Shown here in pieces: positions 25,238 through 39,282 of a stretch of 64,000 nucleotides of DNA; position 1 is the first letter of the stretch, and every line of letters starts with the position of its first letter. Origin of the DNA: Octopus bimaculoides (taxonomy: Eukaryota); assembly GCF_001194135.2 (NCBI RefSeq), contig NC_068984.1, positions 98,243,816 to 98,307,815 on the forward strand, written 5' to 3'. The position numbers and the translations under genes were made by a program. The notes below the pieces were generated by a model. The model saw nothing but the letters and a program-made list of their open reading frames with translations. It searched no databases and was not told the DNA's origin.

Positions 25238-26113
25238 CTTCTATGTAATTCTTGTGTCTATGTTCCCAACATGCATAACATCAACAGTTGTTGTCTAATT
25301 AACTGATTCTTCAAAATTTCTTGATCATAACTTTTTCAATCACAAAGTTCTATTAAATTTATTATTGAATAACAATATATCACCTCTACTATACCACACC
25401 ATCACTATTACATCATCATAGTACCACTATCACATATCTTCATACCACATTACAAACCCACCACTACCATATCACATTGTTGTCCCCACTATCACACTAC
25501 CACCACTACCAGATAGCTACCTCTACTACATTATCACAATGACCACCACTACTACCACATCATAACCACCACCACTATGTTACCATCACAACCAGTGTGT
25601 CTTCAGGAAATGGCACTTGACTATCATCCACTCCGTAATCTAAGTTGTTGCTAAATTCTACAAGTGACTCCCTACCTAAACCAATAATTACTTCCGTAAT
25701 ATTCTAAACCTGAAAAGCAAAATTATAAGGTTTAGCAATTAATTTGCTGTTAAAAGTTACGCAGCAGTTAGGATACATTAACCAGCTGGTTAATGTTGGA
25801 TCACTGTCAGACTGGCTTCATTTCATCAAACTAGTCTTTATCACTAAAAGAAACCCTTATTACTAAAAAGAGACCTTAATATTGCTTATTTGGCTCAGTT
25901 ACTTGATGCTAATGCTGCTGTACCCTGGGCAAGTGTCTTCTATTTTAACCGCAGGTTGACTAAAGCCTTGTAAGTTGATAATTGTGTGATGGAAACTGAA
26001 AAATACCTGTTGTGTGTGTGTGTGTGTGTAGACTGTTATCTAACACTTCATTGAACCTCTAGTGAGAAACTGATTGGTAAGACCAGCTATAATGGATATA
26101 TAATACTGTATGC

Positions 26114-26156
<43 letters not shown>

Positions 26157-27105
26157 CACACACACACACACACAAGTGTGTGTGTGAGAGTTTGTGGCGC
26201 CTGGTCATGACATCACAGGATAATTCTAATCAAAATGCATTGTGATGAAAGCTGTGTCCTACATTTCCAGTCTTCCATGAAAACATATCCTGACATGGGA
26301 GGAATGTTGCCTTAGTTGTAAACAAGTGAAGATTGATATCAAGTTGGATATCTGGCCATAGAAATCTACCTCAAAAAATTCCGTCTGGCTGCACATGCAT
26401 AGAAAAGTGGACATTAAAACAATGACGACAATGAATATGATGAGCATAAGTAAAAAATTTAATGACTTGCAGGACATAATATACATCACAATGTCTCCAA
26501 GGTGATACAATGAACTTTACTCAATATATTAACCTAATCAATACAGCAACTTGAATAGCTGATTTCAAAATAGTGTAGAAGTATCCTTCTTATGAATACA
26601 TAACTATCCCTGTATTTCACTCTTGTATATATCTATATCTAAATGATATGCTAATTTGTGTGGAGATAGAAAGAACAAACAGACCCATGATCAAAGGTAT
26701 TTTAGTTGTGGTCACCCCATCTTTTATTCAGACTGGTATAACTAGTTCCACATTATCCAATAATGTGTCCTTGATTCTGAGATGATGACCTGAATGAGAT
26801 TTGGCTCCTATTAAGAGCAAGTCAAACTGCGTCATAGAAGATTCTTTGTTTGCTTGTATTTCCTATTATGTCTCTGTAAATACCATCCTATTTATATTAT
26901 TTCAAATATTAGTAAGGTATGATTCAATAACAGTGGATAAACCTGTATTTGTTGGCATCTTTTGTTGTTAAGTTTCATATAATCAGCTTAGTTAAATGAA
27001 TGCTCAGTTGGATATGATATTGGTGACATATATTTATAAAGTTTATATGGAATTTATTCTACATGATAGTGTTCAGTTGTCAATCTGTTTGTTGGTATAA
27101 GTATA

Positions 27106-28337
27106 CACTATGTGATCAAAAGTATCCTAACACCCATCTGATAATGAGGTACAAGTTTGGGCCACTCTCCATCAGGAACACTGGCAGTCAATACTGTGTT
27201 GGCCCACCCTTAGCTTTGATGACAGCCTCCACTCTTGCAGGCATACTTTTGATCACGTGACGGAAGGTTTCCTGGGGAATGACAGCCCATTCTTCACAGA
27301 GTGCTGAAATGAGCAAGGGCTTTGATGTGGGTTGGTGTGGTCTAGTATGAAGTCAGGTTTCAAAAACATCCCAGAGATGTTTGATGGGATTTAAATCGGG
27401 ACTCTGCACAGGCTAGTCCATTAGTGGGACGTTGTTGTTGTCAAACCACTCCCCTACAACCCCTGCAGTATGGACAGGTGCTTGGTCATGTTTTGAAAGA
27501 CACAATGGTGATCTCTGAACTGGTCTTTGATGGTAGTCAGCATGAAAGTGGTTAAAATGTCATTGTAAGCTTGTGCCATGACAGTGTCACACAAAGCAAC
27601 TAGGGGGCTAAGCCCCTCCAGAAGAAAGAAGACTGTGTCATGACTCCACCATTACTGAATTCCACACTATATAGGCTGGTGCATATCATTCACCAGGCAT
27701 TTGCCACACCAACACCCTACTGTCAGTTTGCCACATTGTGTACATGATTCATCACTTTACACAATGGTTTTCCACTGTTCTATAGTCCAGTTCCAATGCT
27801 CTTTACACAATGCAAGGTGGTGTTGGACATTTGTATGTGATATATGGCTTATGGGTAGCTGCTCTTCCATGGAAACCAAGTTTCTACACCTCATGCTAAA
27901 TAGTCATGGTGCTTGAAGTAGCTCCTGCTGCAGTTAGGAATTCCTGTGTGATGGTGGTGAAGGGTGATAGATGATTATGCTGTATGACCATCCTCAACAT
28001 TTGATGGTCTCTAAGGTTTAACATGGGAGGTTAGTCCAAACGCTTTTGGGTTGTACGTGTCCCTACATGTTTCCACTTCACTATTACATTGGAAACAGTG
28101 GACCTAGGGATGTTGAAGAAGGTGGAAATCTTGTGCACAGGCTTAATAGACAAGTTGCACCTGACCATGTCGAAAGTCCATTAATTCTGCAGAGCATCCC
28201 ATTCTGCTGCCTAGTGCTGTCTGTTGACTACTGAGAATGCTCACCATGTGTTCCGTGTGGTAAATAGTAGTACTGTGGCTCCCTCTGTGATAAATACATG
28301 TTTTGCGGAGTGTCCAGATACCTTTGATCACATTGTG
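27106..28337 (-). mobile_element. Tc1-like DNA transposon, ~1.23 kb, both TIRs present, transposase decayed
   Basis: Left TA|cactatgtgatcaaaagtatcc..acacc and right ggagtgtccagatacctttgatcacattgtg|TG; minus-strand 'PVQSPDLNPIKHLWD'. Confidence 0.85.
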
Positions 28338-28435
28338 TGATCAATGTGCAAGTGTGAATGTGCACACATGCATCAAGCATGTGCTGTGAGTAAAATACTC
28401 TGAGTATGCTATAGGTATTAATAAAGTAGATTGTC

Positions 28436-28876
28436 AACAAGCATGACTGTTTGGTAAGAAGCTTACTTCTCAGCCACATGGTTCTGGGTTCAGTCCCTCA
28501 AGCTGTTGGAGAGAAACCAGTCTTCTACTATAGCCTTGGGCTGACCAACACTTTGTGAGTGGATTTGGTTGACAGAAAGTGAAAGAAGACCGTAGTATAT
28601 ATGTGTGTGTGTCTCTTTGTGTCTGTGTTTGTCCCCCCACCACTGCTTGACTATTGGTCCTGGTGTGTTTATATTCCCATAACTTAGTGGTACAATAAAA
28701 GATATGGAAATAATAAGTACCATGCCTATATGAAAAAAAAAAAGATATGGATAGAATAGATACCTGCTTAGATAGAAAAAAATTAAGCACTGGGGTTGAT
28801 ATATTTAACTAAAAAATTTTTCAAGGTGGTGCTCCAGCATGGTTGTAGTCTTTTGACTGAAACAAGTAAAAGAAGG
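28436..28876 (+). mobile_element. tRNA-derived SINE ('family A') with a GTAAAAGA-type tail
   Basis: Head 'ggtaagaagcttacttctcagccacatggttctgggttcagtccc', central TG tract, end 'gactgaaacaagtaaaaga'. Confidence 0.8.
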
Positions 28877-29599
28877 TAAAAGTTATTTGCACATACAGAG
28901 AGAGAGAGAGGTGTTTAAGAATTCATAAGTCAGAAAACATATGCACTCACCTGATCTTACCAATTGGTATCATACTGAGTCTTAAACCAGATGTTAGATG
29001 ACAACACAGTTATATAATACCATGTGTTCATCAGAGCCAACTGGTATGGAAAAGAAATATGGCAACCGTTCTCTTTTGTTGTGGGTGCTGTGAAAAAAGA
29101 CAAAACAAACTCAACAAAGGTTGTATCAAGAGTCATATCCCTTAACCCCAAAAGCCTCTGAGTCTACAAGAGTTTTCTGAAAATGTGTGTAGGAGTTAGG
29201 GATTGGTATTCATGTAGGGCTGGAATATGTCAAGAGGTATTGCATGTTTAGGTTGTTTTGGGTGGGAGCAGGGGTGCTGGCTGGGTGCCTAAATGCTTAA
29301 ACACATGTTAGGGCTCATAAATGTCTGTGTTTGTTTGTGTATGTTTTAGTTAAACACTTTGATAAGTTCTCAGGATATGGTCATGAAAGAGCCAAAGGTG
29401 AAGTGGTGTTGTTTGGTCTGTAATGAAGGACAGAACCCATGGCTTTTGCAAATGCTCCTAGGCAAGTGAGATCAATGCCATTACATTCTAGTTCAACTGT
29501 AGCAAATTGACAGTTGTATGGAAAACATTTACGGACAGGGAATAGCAGCAAGCTAACATTCTTTGGAACAAGAATTGGGCATTATGGTTTGTATCATCT

Positions 29600-30175
29600 C
29601 CATCATTCTAGAATGTTAATAAAAGTCATCTACCATTAGTTTCTTGAACTGAGAGAGCTTAGCCCCTTGAAGACAATGAAGGTCTACTAACAACCATTAC
29701 TGTGCTACACATATAGAAGATTGTATGAAGTGTAATGCAGCATTGCAGCAAGACTTCAGCATTGAATGCAGAAAGTGTGTGAAGGTTGGAGAGAAATGGA
29801 ACAAGCATTCTCGAGTGGATGTATCATGTTAGGGTGCATGAATGATGTGGTACAGATGAGCTGTGAAATTAACTAGGTTTAGGAGGAAACAGCTGTAATG
29901 TGAAAATACAAAGACTGTTGGTGGTATAGATGTGTGTTGTGTATGGAGGATAACAGGTGGTAAAAAAAAGTTCCAGGATATTTAAGTAGAAGAAAACTGT
30001 GGAAGAAGTAAAACCTAAGAAGACATTAAAAAATAGTGAAAGCTATTTTCAGTATGATGAATCCCACGATAAATTACAAGAGAATGCAACAAATGGTGTG
30101 ATATGCTGGAAAGGACACAACCAACCCATGCAAGCATGAGAAAATGAATGTAAAAAGGATGACAACAGTTATGAT
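29600..30175 (+). mobile_element. Old, heavily decayed RTE 3' fragment
   Basis: Traces of 'FRELSPL', 'RLRW' and 'GR..KT'; ends with 'catgcaagcatgagaaaatg..' and a GAT-like tail. Confidence 0.5.
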
Positions 30176-31320
30176 GATGAAGCAGGAGCAGCAGATCAAC
30201 ACTTATCTTTGTGAATTGAGATTTAGATATTTCCTATCGAATCTTAAGTAACATCTTTATTTTATTTAAAAATTTTATCTTCAAAGAGTTAACAGTGTCA
30301 TTTCTTGATTACCGCATCATATATATATTAATTTCTTATACATTAATCTTAAATATTGTCTAACAACTTAATCCATTACAACCACAATCCCCACACAAAA
30401 CCTCAAATACTTTATCTATCACAGAAGTCATTAAAGCATTTTTACCTCAGTTATTTTATTGTAGAGTTTTAAAAAATTATCCTTACAGTCTAGTATTTTC
30501 TTTTAAACAAGGTTTACTTCAAATGTCAAATTTATAATATTACCAGTTTATATTAGAAGCTAGCAGTAATTAGCTGGAGTTGCTTGTGTGAGTTATATTA
30601 AGTGAAACTGGTAGAAAATAAAATATGACATCTAAGTTAAAAAGAAGACATTTATAAAAGAAAGTTACATTACATCAATGTGGCTGTTCCATGTCACTAC
30701 TAGTTTAACCCCAAGCAGGTCTTCCACCAGCTGGTTATCAGTGCAGCGCTGCACCCTGTACACACATTTATAAAAGAACTATATTATAATTCTTTCTGCT
30801 ATAGGATAAAGTGGCATATTTTGGAGGAAGAAACAGGCCATTATACTGACGCTTGTATTCATTGTTATTTTATTCATTGACAATTAATAAACTACTAAAA
30901 ATGATATGGTTTCATTATGGAAATGTGTCCACTAAGTTAATATATGTGTGCGAATGAAGTTATATAAAAAAAAAACGTGGAAGAAAAGAATGTATTATAT
31001 ACTAAGTCTGAAAGGAAAATATGAAAGAATTATAATTAAAATATGGAATAGTTTCACTGCTGAAATCAGTGAACAGTTTCACTCTGAGAATCAGTGAATT
31101 GAGAATGGCTTTAAGTATGTAGAATGTCCTACATTTTTGTTGTAGTTTCTATTGTATTTATGCATCTTTACACCGACACAGTTTCATATTAAACATTTGT
31201 CATGGAAAGATTTTATAATGTCTAATGTCATCTTACAATCAAGCATGAAATTTCAGCTCTGAGTGTTTAACCAGTAAAAAAAGAGGACTGACACATATTT
31301 TATTTATAAGATAATATTAA

Positions 31321-31539
31321 TCCTTTCAGCATTTAGATTGGTCATATCCAGCCAAAATATTCTACTTGTTTTGTTTAAACTACCCAGGTCCTGGCTCTCA
31401 CACATACCCTGCGATATCATTGTTAAAATATACATTCACATCTTCAAAATCTCAAAGCTACAAGATAACACGTGATTAATTCAAAACAATGTGACTAAAT
31501 AAGCATTACATTTGAGAGAGTAATCTGAATACTAAAGGG
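31321..31539. mobile_element. piggyBac-like MITE (TTAA target duplication, CCC...GGG-type ends)
   Basis: TTAA (31317-31320) tcctttcagcatttagatt ... taatctgaatactaaaggg TTAA (31540-31543); the ends are imperfect inverted repeats. Confidence 0.6.
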
Positions 31540-31629
31540 TTAACGATAATGTTTATAATTAATAATTTCTTCTGTATGTGTTATCTATGCTGTATTTGTC
31601 ATACTTGATAATATGTTTCTAATTACCAG

Positions 31630-31802
31630 CATGAAGCCTGCAATCATGGTTATGAGAAAATTGTGAAGGTGCTACTTGACAGTGGTGCACTTATCAATAC
31701 ACCAGGATCTGAGAATGATACTGCATTGCATGATGCTGTGAGGAATGGCAGAATTGGTTGTGTTAAATTGTTAGTGTCACGTGGAGCCTGTCAGACTCTC
31801 AG
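31630..31802 (+). CDS. BARD1: BARD1 exon (human exon 6 equivalent), ankyrin repeats: HEACNHGYEKIVKVLLDSGALINTPGSENDTALHDAVRNGRIGCVKLLVSRGACQTL(R)
   Basis: ccAG acceptor and GTatta donor; 173 nt, phase 0/2; continues WTPL|HEACNHG in frame, which is characteristic of BARD1. Confidence 0.95.
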
Positions 31803-32944
31803 GTATTATTTCTTTATTTAAAAAAAAAAATTTTAAATCAAGACTGTTCTATACATTATAAACATCAGTATCAGAGAGAAAAGGGAAGCAGGCCGGTTGT
31901 GAGAGAACTGAATCATGTAGCTATTGCCTGTTGTAGTTTGGGTGTCTGTCAATTCAATGGATCTATTGTTCATTATCTGTCGCAAATTGATATTTATAAT
32001 CTCTGATATCATGTACATTAGAACCTTAGTAGTTAATTAATGAATAAATATACACCTTGATAATTGTCTTAAGTGTTTCAATTGTTTAGTTGATGATATG
32101 TTTAAGATTCTTCACCAAATGCTGTGTAACCAGGTAGTTAACCTACTTACTTAACATGATCCCTCATTTAAAGTACTAAATATTTGGATTTACTTGTATT
32201 TATTTTTGATTTAAGATTTCAGTTGATACATCCTCAAAGTGAATACCACAACTACCGCCAATTATAGGGTTCTACCAATTTGAAAATCTTATTGCCATTT
32301 AGCAAGTCTCTCTAATGCTTGAGAACATTTTTAAAAAGATTGAATTCATACTACAAGCTATAATCATAGCACAGTACCTACTTACAGCTTAGTGGACTGA
32401 GCTATTTGGAAGTATGTTGGTAGTGGACATGGCACAATGTAGGCAACAATATTCAATTTTGCCCATTTCATCTTGAGTTCAATGTTATTAACAAGACAGA
32501 AGGCTAAATATTAACACCAGAATGGCATAATGTGAAATTTGGTAACATTATGGTAACAGAGCTACATGATTAATAACTATTTCATTGCTCCTGGAGGGTT
32601 GAAATACTCAGTTAACCTGACTTTGATTGGATTTGAAGTCATATTGTAGAGATACAGAACTAAATACTAAAAGACACTACTTTCTTCTGTATTTCAGCTA
32701 CTTTATATGTAATGTTACTTGTGAAACAGTAACAGTATTGTAGGTTTTAGAAATTCTGATTATGATTGTAAAATAATATGAAGCTTGTTTACCAGCTATA
32801 TCTATTTGAAGTTAAGTGGATCAGTTCAGCCAGTAAATTTTGACCTATTTCAGCTACTCACATATACAGACTGTAAAACTCTTAAATTGCAGTTACAGAA
32901 ATATGTGCTTCATTTAACCAAAGACTATTTTACAATCTCTCTCT

Positions 32945-33265
32945 CATCATCATCATCATCAATGTTTAACATCTGTTTTCCATGCTGGCATGAGTTGGGG
33001 AGCCAGCAGCTGCACCAGGCTCCAATCTGATCTGGCAATGTTTCTACAGCTGGATGCCCTTCCTAATGTCAACCACTCCGAGAGTGTAGTGAATGCTTTT
33101 TATGTGCCACTGGCACAGGAGCCAGTCAGGCGGGTCTGGCATTGATTCATGTTCGGATAGTGGCTTTTACGTGCCACCAGCACAGGGGCCAGTCAGTGGG
33201 TACTGGCATTGGCCACGTTTGGTTGGTGCTTTTTACGTGCCACTGGCATGAGAGCCAGTCATGGG
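32945..33265 (-). mobile_element. RTE 3'-UTR/tail fragment with (GAT)n tail
   Basis: (cat)n...ttccatgctggcatg...ttctacagctggatgcccttcc...gtgccactggcac sub-repeats. Confidence 0.75.
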
Positions 33266-33603
33266 GTGAAAATAATAAATTAACAATAGTCAAATAGGTA
33301 TAGGTGGTGAACTTAATCAGTCATCAGGTTTAAGACTGCCATCTGGTCCTTTGGTGATTTTTCACAGAGTTCAATCTGTTGAAAGCTTTTGAGCCATGTT
33401 TTTAGTTTAAGGACAGTTTCTTCCTTTCCTTCTATCAATTTCAGAACCCCTGTAAAAATAATGATGACTTCCTCTCCTCATGAAGTCATAAAAGAATTAT
33501 TAAATATTAATTTTTTATTTTACCATTTCATCCATTATGTTGTACATATATTAATTTAGTTGTAAGAACTAAATTAATATATTTGCTGCTTGTGTGTATA
33601 AAA

Positions 33604-33993
33604 GTTGTTGTTGTTGGCACTCTGTCGCTTACGACGTTGAGGGTTCCAGTTGATCCGTTCAACGGAACAGCCTGCTCGTGAAATTAACGTGCATGTGGCT
33701 GAGCACTCCACAGACACGTGTACCCTTAACGTAGTTCTCGGGGATATTCAGTGTGACACAGTGTGACAAGGCTGACCCTTTGAATTACAGACACAACAGA
33801 AACAGGAAGTAAGAGTGAGAGAAAGTTGTGGTGGAAGAGTACAGCAGGGTTCGCCACCATCCCCTGCCGGAGCCTCGTGGAGCTTTAGGTGTTTTCGCAC
33901 AATAAACACTCACAACGCCTGGTCTGGGAATCGAAACCGCGATCCTATGACCGCAAGTCCGCTGCCCTAACCACTGGGCCATTGCACCTCCAC
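33604..33993 (-). mobile_element. Full-length, well-preserved tRNA-derived SINE ('family B') with (AAC)n tail
   Basis: Minus-strand A-box TGGCCCAGTGG and B-box GTTTCGATTCC; many CpGs retained; 3' aacaacaacaac. Confidence 0.85.
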
Positions 33994-34585
33994 GTGTATA
34001 AAGGTATATAGACACTAATTACAAATGTGGCTTTACTGAATGTAAGTAGGTTTGATTCATGTGAGAAGTGAAAATTGTGTAATTTTAAAGGGCAAGGGGC
34101 TGAAATATAAAACTTTTCACTTCTCACATTAATTGAATTTACTAACATTCCACTTTTCTTATTTTGAACAAATTGTTGCTGGACTTTACTCTGCATCAAG
34201 GGTTCTCAAACTATTGTCTTCTAGTGTACCTGTTTGTCAGGTCCAGCAGTGTTAGTATACTCCTTGTGAGGAACGTAGTGAAAATGGTTGCATGTTGTAA
34301 AATACAGTAGTGGATACCATAAAATGGACAATGTATAATTTGATATTAATAATATTTGGGAAGTTAAAACTTCCAAACAACATATTTGACAATTTTTTAT
34401 CTTTTTATAGATAATATTTACTAAATCTGAGATTGCACCATTGAAAAGTATTGGTTGGGGTTACTGTTTATACAAATCTTACATAACCTCTTAACATTTT
34501 TCTAGTACATGTACCCCAGGTCTGTGCATTCATTAATTTCTCCCTATTGAAATATTTAATTACATGAAAACACTCTTTTCTATAG

Positions 34586-34688
34586 GAATGCCCATGGATT
34601 AATGGCTAAAGATTATGCCTTCACTGATGCCATGAAAGAAGCCTTAACAACTGATGTGTTGGTTACATCATCCACACCTGAGTTACAG
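34586..34688 (+). CDS. BARD1: BARD1 exon (exon 7 equivalent): (R)NAHGLMAKDYAFTDAMKEALTTDVLVTSSTPELQ
   Basis: tatAG acceptor and GTaggc donor; 103 nt, phase 2/0; 'N.HG..AKDYA' ankyrin C-cap; in frame with its neighbours. Confidence 0.9.
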
Positions 34689-35014
34689 GTAGGCAGCAAT
34701 TATTATACACCCCCTGATCCCTTAGATTGGTAGGGTTCAGGTTAGATAATGCACACCTACAGTCATATCATAAAACCGCACTTTGTACACAACTATTCCT
34801 TCACTTCATTCAATTATATTTCTTCCTATGTTTAATACATTATGGCTATGAATTTATGGGGAAAGGAATGGGATTACATGATTTTCATATCTTTCTTAAT
34901 TTCATTAGAACTGTAAATGAAGTAAAGTAACTTCAACTAAGTATTGAATCTGGATCAATAATATAGTTTCCTTACTTTATAACACACTTCACCTGGCTGT
35001 TTGTAATAATGATA

Positions 35015-36375
35015 ATAATAGTAATCCTTTCTACTATAGGCATATGGCCAGCAGTTTCAAGCAAGGGGGCAAGTCGATTACATTGACTCCAGTGCTCAAC
35101 TGGTACTTATTTTATTAACCCCGAAAGGGACGAAACGCAAAGTCAACCCTGGTGGAATTTGATCTCAGAACATAAAAGCAGACAAAATACCACAAAGCAT
35201 TTTGCACTTTTTGTTATTGATTTTGCCAGTTCAACACCTTAATAATAATAATAATAATAATCCTTTCTACTATAGGCACAAGGTCTGAAATTATGGGGAT
35301 AGTCAATTACATTAACCCCAGTCCCAACTGGTACTTATTTCATCAACTCTGAAAGGATGAAAGGCAAAGTTGACCCTGGTGGAATTTGAACTCAAAATAT
35401 AAAGGTGGATGAAAGACCATGAAGCATTTTGCATGGTGTGCTAACAGTTCTGTCCAAATAAGGATTTCTAACCTGCACACAAGCCACAGCTGTAGATGAT
35501 TTTTGGAAGCAATGATGGAGCTGCTACTTGATTGTTAGATCTGATGGAAATAGCTGTTAGATCTTTTTCAAATCACACTGTCTTAAATAAATAAAGGTGA
35601 TGTTAGTCTTACCTACACTTAGATGTAATGATCATGCCTTTAACCGTAGGCCAACTCAACCAAGGTTGACCTTGGTTAAACAACAGTACTTTCTTAATTG
35701 GCCATTGCAAAGGGAAATAGGTAAATGCTGCACAGCATTGGAATAATAATAATTAGAATTCTTTAAAATTTTGACACCAGGTCTGCAATTTTGAGGGGAG
35801 GAGGTAAGTCAGTTACTTTGATCCAGTACTTGACTGATACTTTATTTTATCAATTTTGAGATGAAAGGCAAAGTTGACCTCAGCAGGATTTGAACTCAGA
35901 TTGTAAAGAGCCAGAACAAATACTGCTAAGCATTTTTCCTACACTAATCATTCTATCAACTGGCTCTGGGAAAAAAATAATAAATGCTATTGGCACAAAG
36001 CCAGAAATATAGGTACAATGCCAGAAATTATAGTGGCAAGCTAGTCAGAAATTTTAGTAGCAACCCCAGTACTCAGCTGGTACTTATTTTACCTACCATG
36101 AAAGGATAAAAGCAAAGTCGACCTCAGTGAAATTTAAATCTAGGATATAGAGAACTGAAAGAACTGCTGCTATGCATTTTGTCCTGTGTATTAACGTTTC
36201 TGGCAGTTTGCCACCTTAATAAAAATAATAATAATCTTTTCTACTGGTACTTATTTCATTGACCCCAAAAGGATGAAAGGCAAAGTCAACCTTGGCAGAA
36301 TATGAATTTAGATCATAAAGATGGATGAAATATTGCTTAGCATTTTGCCTGGTGTGCTAATGATTCTGATGATGT
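35015..36375 (-). mobile_element. Cluster of about 5-6 head-to-tail family-C SINEs mostly separated by (AAT)n, with another repeat interposed near 35460-35690
   Basis: Copies at about 35030, 35258, 35760, 35985 and 36232; junctions such as ccttaataataataataataataatcctttctactatagg. Confidence 0.8.
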
Positions 36376-36589
36376 TGATGTATTTCCCATAATAATACCC
36401 AATAGAAGAGCATGATATATAATAAAACACAAACTGATTTTGTTTATTGAAAAATATTTCAACAGTATGCCTGACTTTCTCAGGTTCAAGACAGGAATAA
36501 TGGAAAATATAGAGAAACGAAGAAATTCAAATATTCAACCGTACCCTTCAGGATTTTTTTCATTGTTTTTCTTGTTTTCACTAGTTATG

Positions 36590-36945
36590 AACGAATATCC
36601 ACTTTTCCATGCTTGTATGGGTCAGACAGAATTTATTAAGATAGATCTGTAGTTGGATGCCCTTCTTTTTGCTAACTTTCCCAAGCAAAGCCAATATTTC
36701 CCCATGGACAAAATGTTTTCATTGAAGACTGAAAACAAATGACACTGCTTATATGATATTCAAAACACCCATACATACACACACACTCTCTCTCTTTCTC
36801 TCTCTTAGCTTCTATGTACCAAATCCACTCACAAGGCTTTGGTTGGCCTAGAGGTATAATAGAAAACACTTGCTCGGCCTGCCATGCAACGGGACTAAAC
36901 CTGAAATGAAATGGTTGAGTAGCAAACTTCTTAGCCACACAGCTA
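36590..36945 (-). mobile_element. Family-A SINE head joined to an RTE-type tail
   Basis: 'ttttccatgcttgtatgg...ggatgcccttc' tail with 'accaaatccactcacaaggctttggttggc...gggactaaacc' head. Confidence 0.7.
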
Positions 36946-37526
36946 TATATAATATCTGTATCCATCCATTTGTACACAAACACACACACACACACACACA
37001 CACATCCTTTCCATGTTTCAATCTGAAATTGTATTTGTCACTGCATACAAAGATTTGTCTTTCCTTTTATGCTGAAAATCTTCAACACAGTAGTTGTACA
37101 GGTGGTGTAGACCACAAGTTGAGCTATCACTTAATTGGTAGATCAGGTAATACGTATTGGAGTCACCTCATCTGGGAAATAGTAAATATGAGTATAGTAT
37201 TTAAATGCATTTTATTTTTAAATTCTATATACTAAATTGTGAAGAGTTCAAAAGCATTGCAACCACCTGCAGTGCTAAATATAGTGCAAAAGATTTAAAC
37301 ATGATCAAGCACAAAAAGGTTGAACATAAATTTCTTTGAAGATATTACTTAGTAATTGCTCCAAGTCCCATTAGTTGTGCATAGTATGACAGCAATACAC
37401 CCCAAGACATACACATGTATATATATGCTTTATAATTAAAAACTTCCACCCATAATATCAGGCCCTTCTTCCAGTTGAGGTTATAACATTCTCTCTGACA
37501 CGGTGCCTGCCATTTCTTTTTAACAG

Positions 37527-37656
37527 TCATCAACTTGTACAGATGGTGGACCTATTTGTATCCTGGCAACAGCCTTCTCTCGAGATCTGAAGGTAGAACT
37601 GAGGAAGTTGGCATCTGTGATAAATGCAAAAATTGTAGATGATGTCAGTCCTGAAG
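37527..37656 (+). CDS. BARD1: BARD1 exon (exon 8 equivalent), start of BRCT1: SSTCTDGGPICILATAFSRDLKVELRKLASVINAKIVDDVSPE(V)
   Basis: taacAG acceptor and GTgggt donor; 130 nt, phase 0/1; open frame linking to VTHVV in the next exon. Confidence 0.88.
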
Positions 37657-38559
37657 GTGGGTTAACATATTTTATATTTTCTTAGTTTTTGTTCTGATAT
37701 AAGTAGGATTGGTTTGTAAAGACCTTGACTATTCAATTATGGATTGTTAACTGTTATCTTTCAATGTAAAATGATATTTCACATTATAAACACCAACTTG
37801 AGGAAGAAGGTGGCAGCAGAGCCACTGACAGCAGTGCTTAAAGTCTAATTAAGTAAAATAATAGACATGTAAATGTATGTTTGAATGAACAAGGAAGAGA
37901 TAGATAGACAGATAGAAAGAAAGAAAGGGGGGATGAAGATGGACCAGTGAGTAATAAAGGGGAGAATAAAGAAAGAGAGAGACAGACAGACAGAAACAGA
38001 GAGATTGCTGGTAAGGATAGAAACAGCTTGAATGGTCTGAGTTGTAGAAAGGAGACAGTGATAAGAAGATGGAGGGCTAGAAGTGTGAGAGTGATGGATG
38101 TCAGCAGAAAGTGGCAGAGGAGGAAGTATTGTAAAAGACTGAGTAATGAAGGTTGGTGCTGTTAAGGGAGTGGAAGTGTTAGAGGTATGAGAAATGGATG
38201 AAAGAGAGTTATGTTTAGCAATAAATAAAGGTCATAGTAAATAGGGATCAAATATGTTTAAATTCAATGCATTGGCATTTCTTGGTATGCAGGCTGAGTG
38301 ATAGGACAGAGATAAGGTGATAGTAATGAGGCACATTGATAGGGTTGGGGTTAGTAATGAGTGAGCATGTAATGAAAAGAAGTGACCATTCTTCAAAGAC
38401 TTAATAGGAACAAAATGGTTGAGACATTATACATCTCAGTCTTCATCATTACCATAATTATTCAGTTTCATGATGTTTAACTTTGTAAGGGTTGAGCAGA
38501 TCTTCTCAGAACAGCACTTGGCTAGAAGTCACAATCCATTGTAATCTCCTTTATAATGT

Positions 38560-38950
38560 TCAGCTTCTTGAGACCAGTGTTTAGTTTGTTTCAGATCTTG
38601 CTTGCTTCCTTTCTTTCTTCTACAGGTTCCATCCACTTATAACAGTTGGCACTTCTTAATACAACTAGCATCTTATATATACATCATCTACCCATATCCA
38701 CATAGTCTTCTTACTTGCATACGATTCTTCCGTTATCTAGTTTTACTTGCAGCCCATTTGTGCTCCCTCGTTTACGTGAATTGACATTATACATCTTGTA
38801 GAGCATGCTTACCTCACTTCTTTCTTGCCATCACACACCCTCTGCATTCAAGGCCTACATGATGCAGCATTGCATTTCATACAAGATCTGCCCTTCACTC
38901 TGAGAGAAATTCCTTTTGCTGCTAGAAGAGGTAGTAGCTCCCTGTAGGTA
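38560..38950 (-). mobile_element. Decayed RTE 3' fragment
   Basis: Minus-strand 'RELLPLLAAKGISLRVKGR', homologous to the better-preserved RTE copies. Confidence 0.6.
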
Positions 38951-39214
38951 AGAGATTTTATTAACCACTTTAAGGGATCCTTCCAAGTGTTTGCAGGAAC
39001 TTATTTCCCATGCACATACTACTTGCTACTCCTGTGCATGTGCTATGTATGAAATCTGCCCTTCATACTTACAATTAATACATCATATAGAACCCATACT
39101 TCTCTCTTTCTTAATACTAAGCTTGACCAATAACAGCAGGTTTTACTTAAACCCTTCCTTCTAGACTGGGAATGAAATGTGCAATAATAGTCTGTGAAAC
39201 CTCAGTCAATGGTT

Positions 39215-39217
<3 letters not shown>

Positions 39218-39282
<65 letters not shown>

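Noticed and set aside
33900-33993. Functional tRNA gene
   Set aside because: A/B boxes are present, but there is no closed acceptor stem and the sequence continues into a SINE body with an (AAC)n tail; the same applies to the other SINE heads
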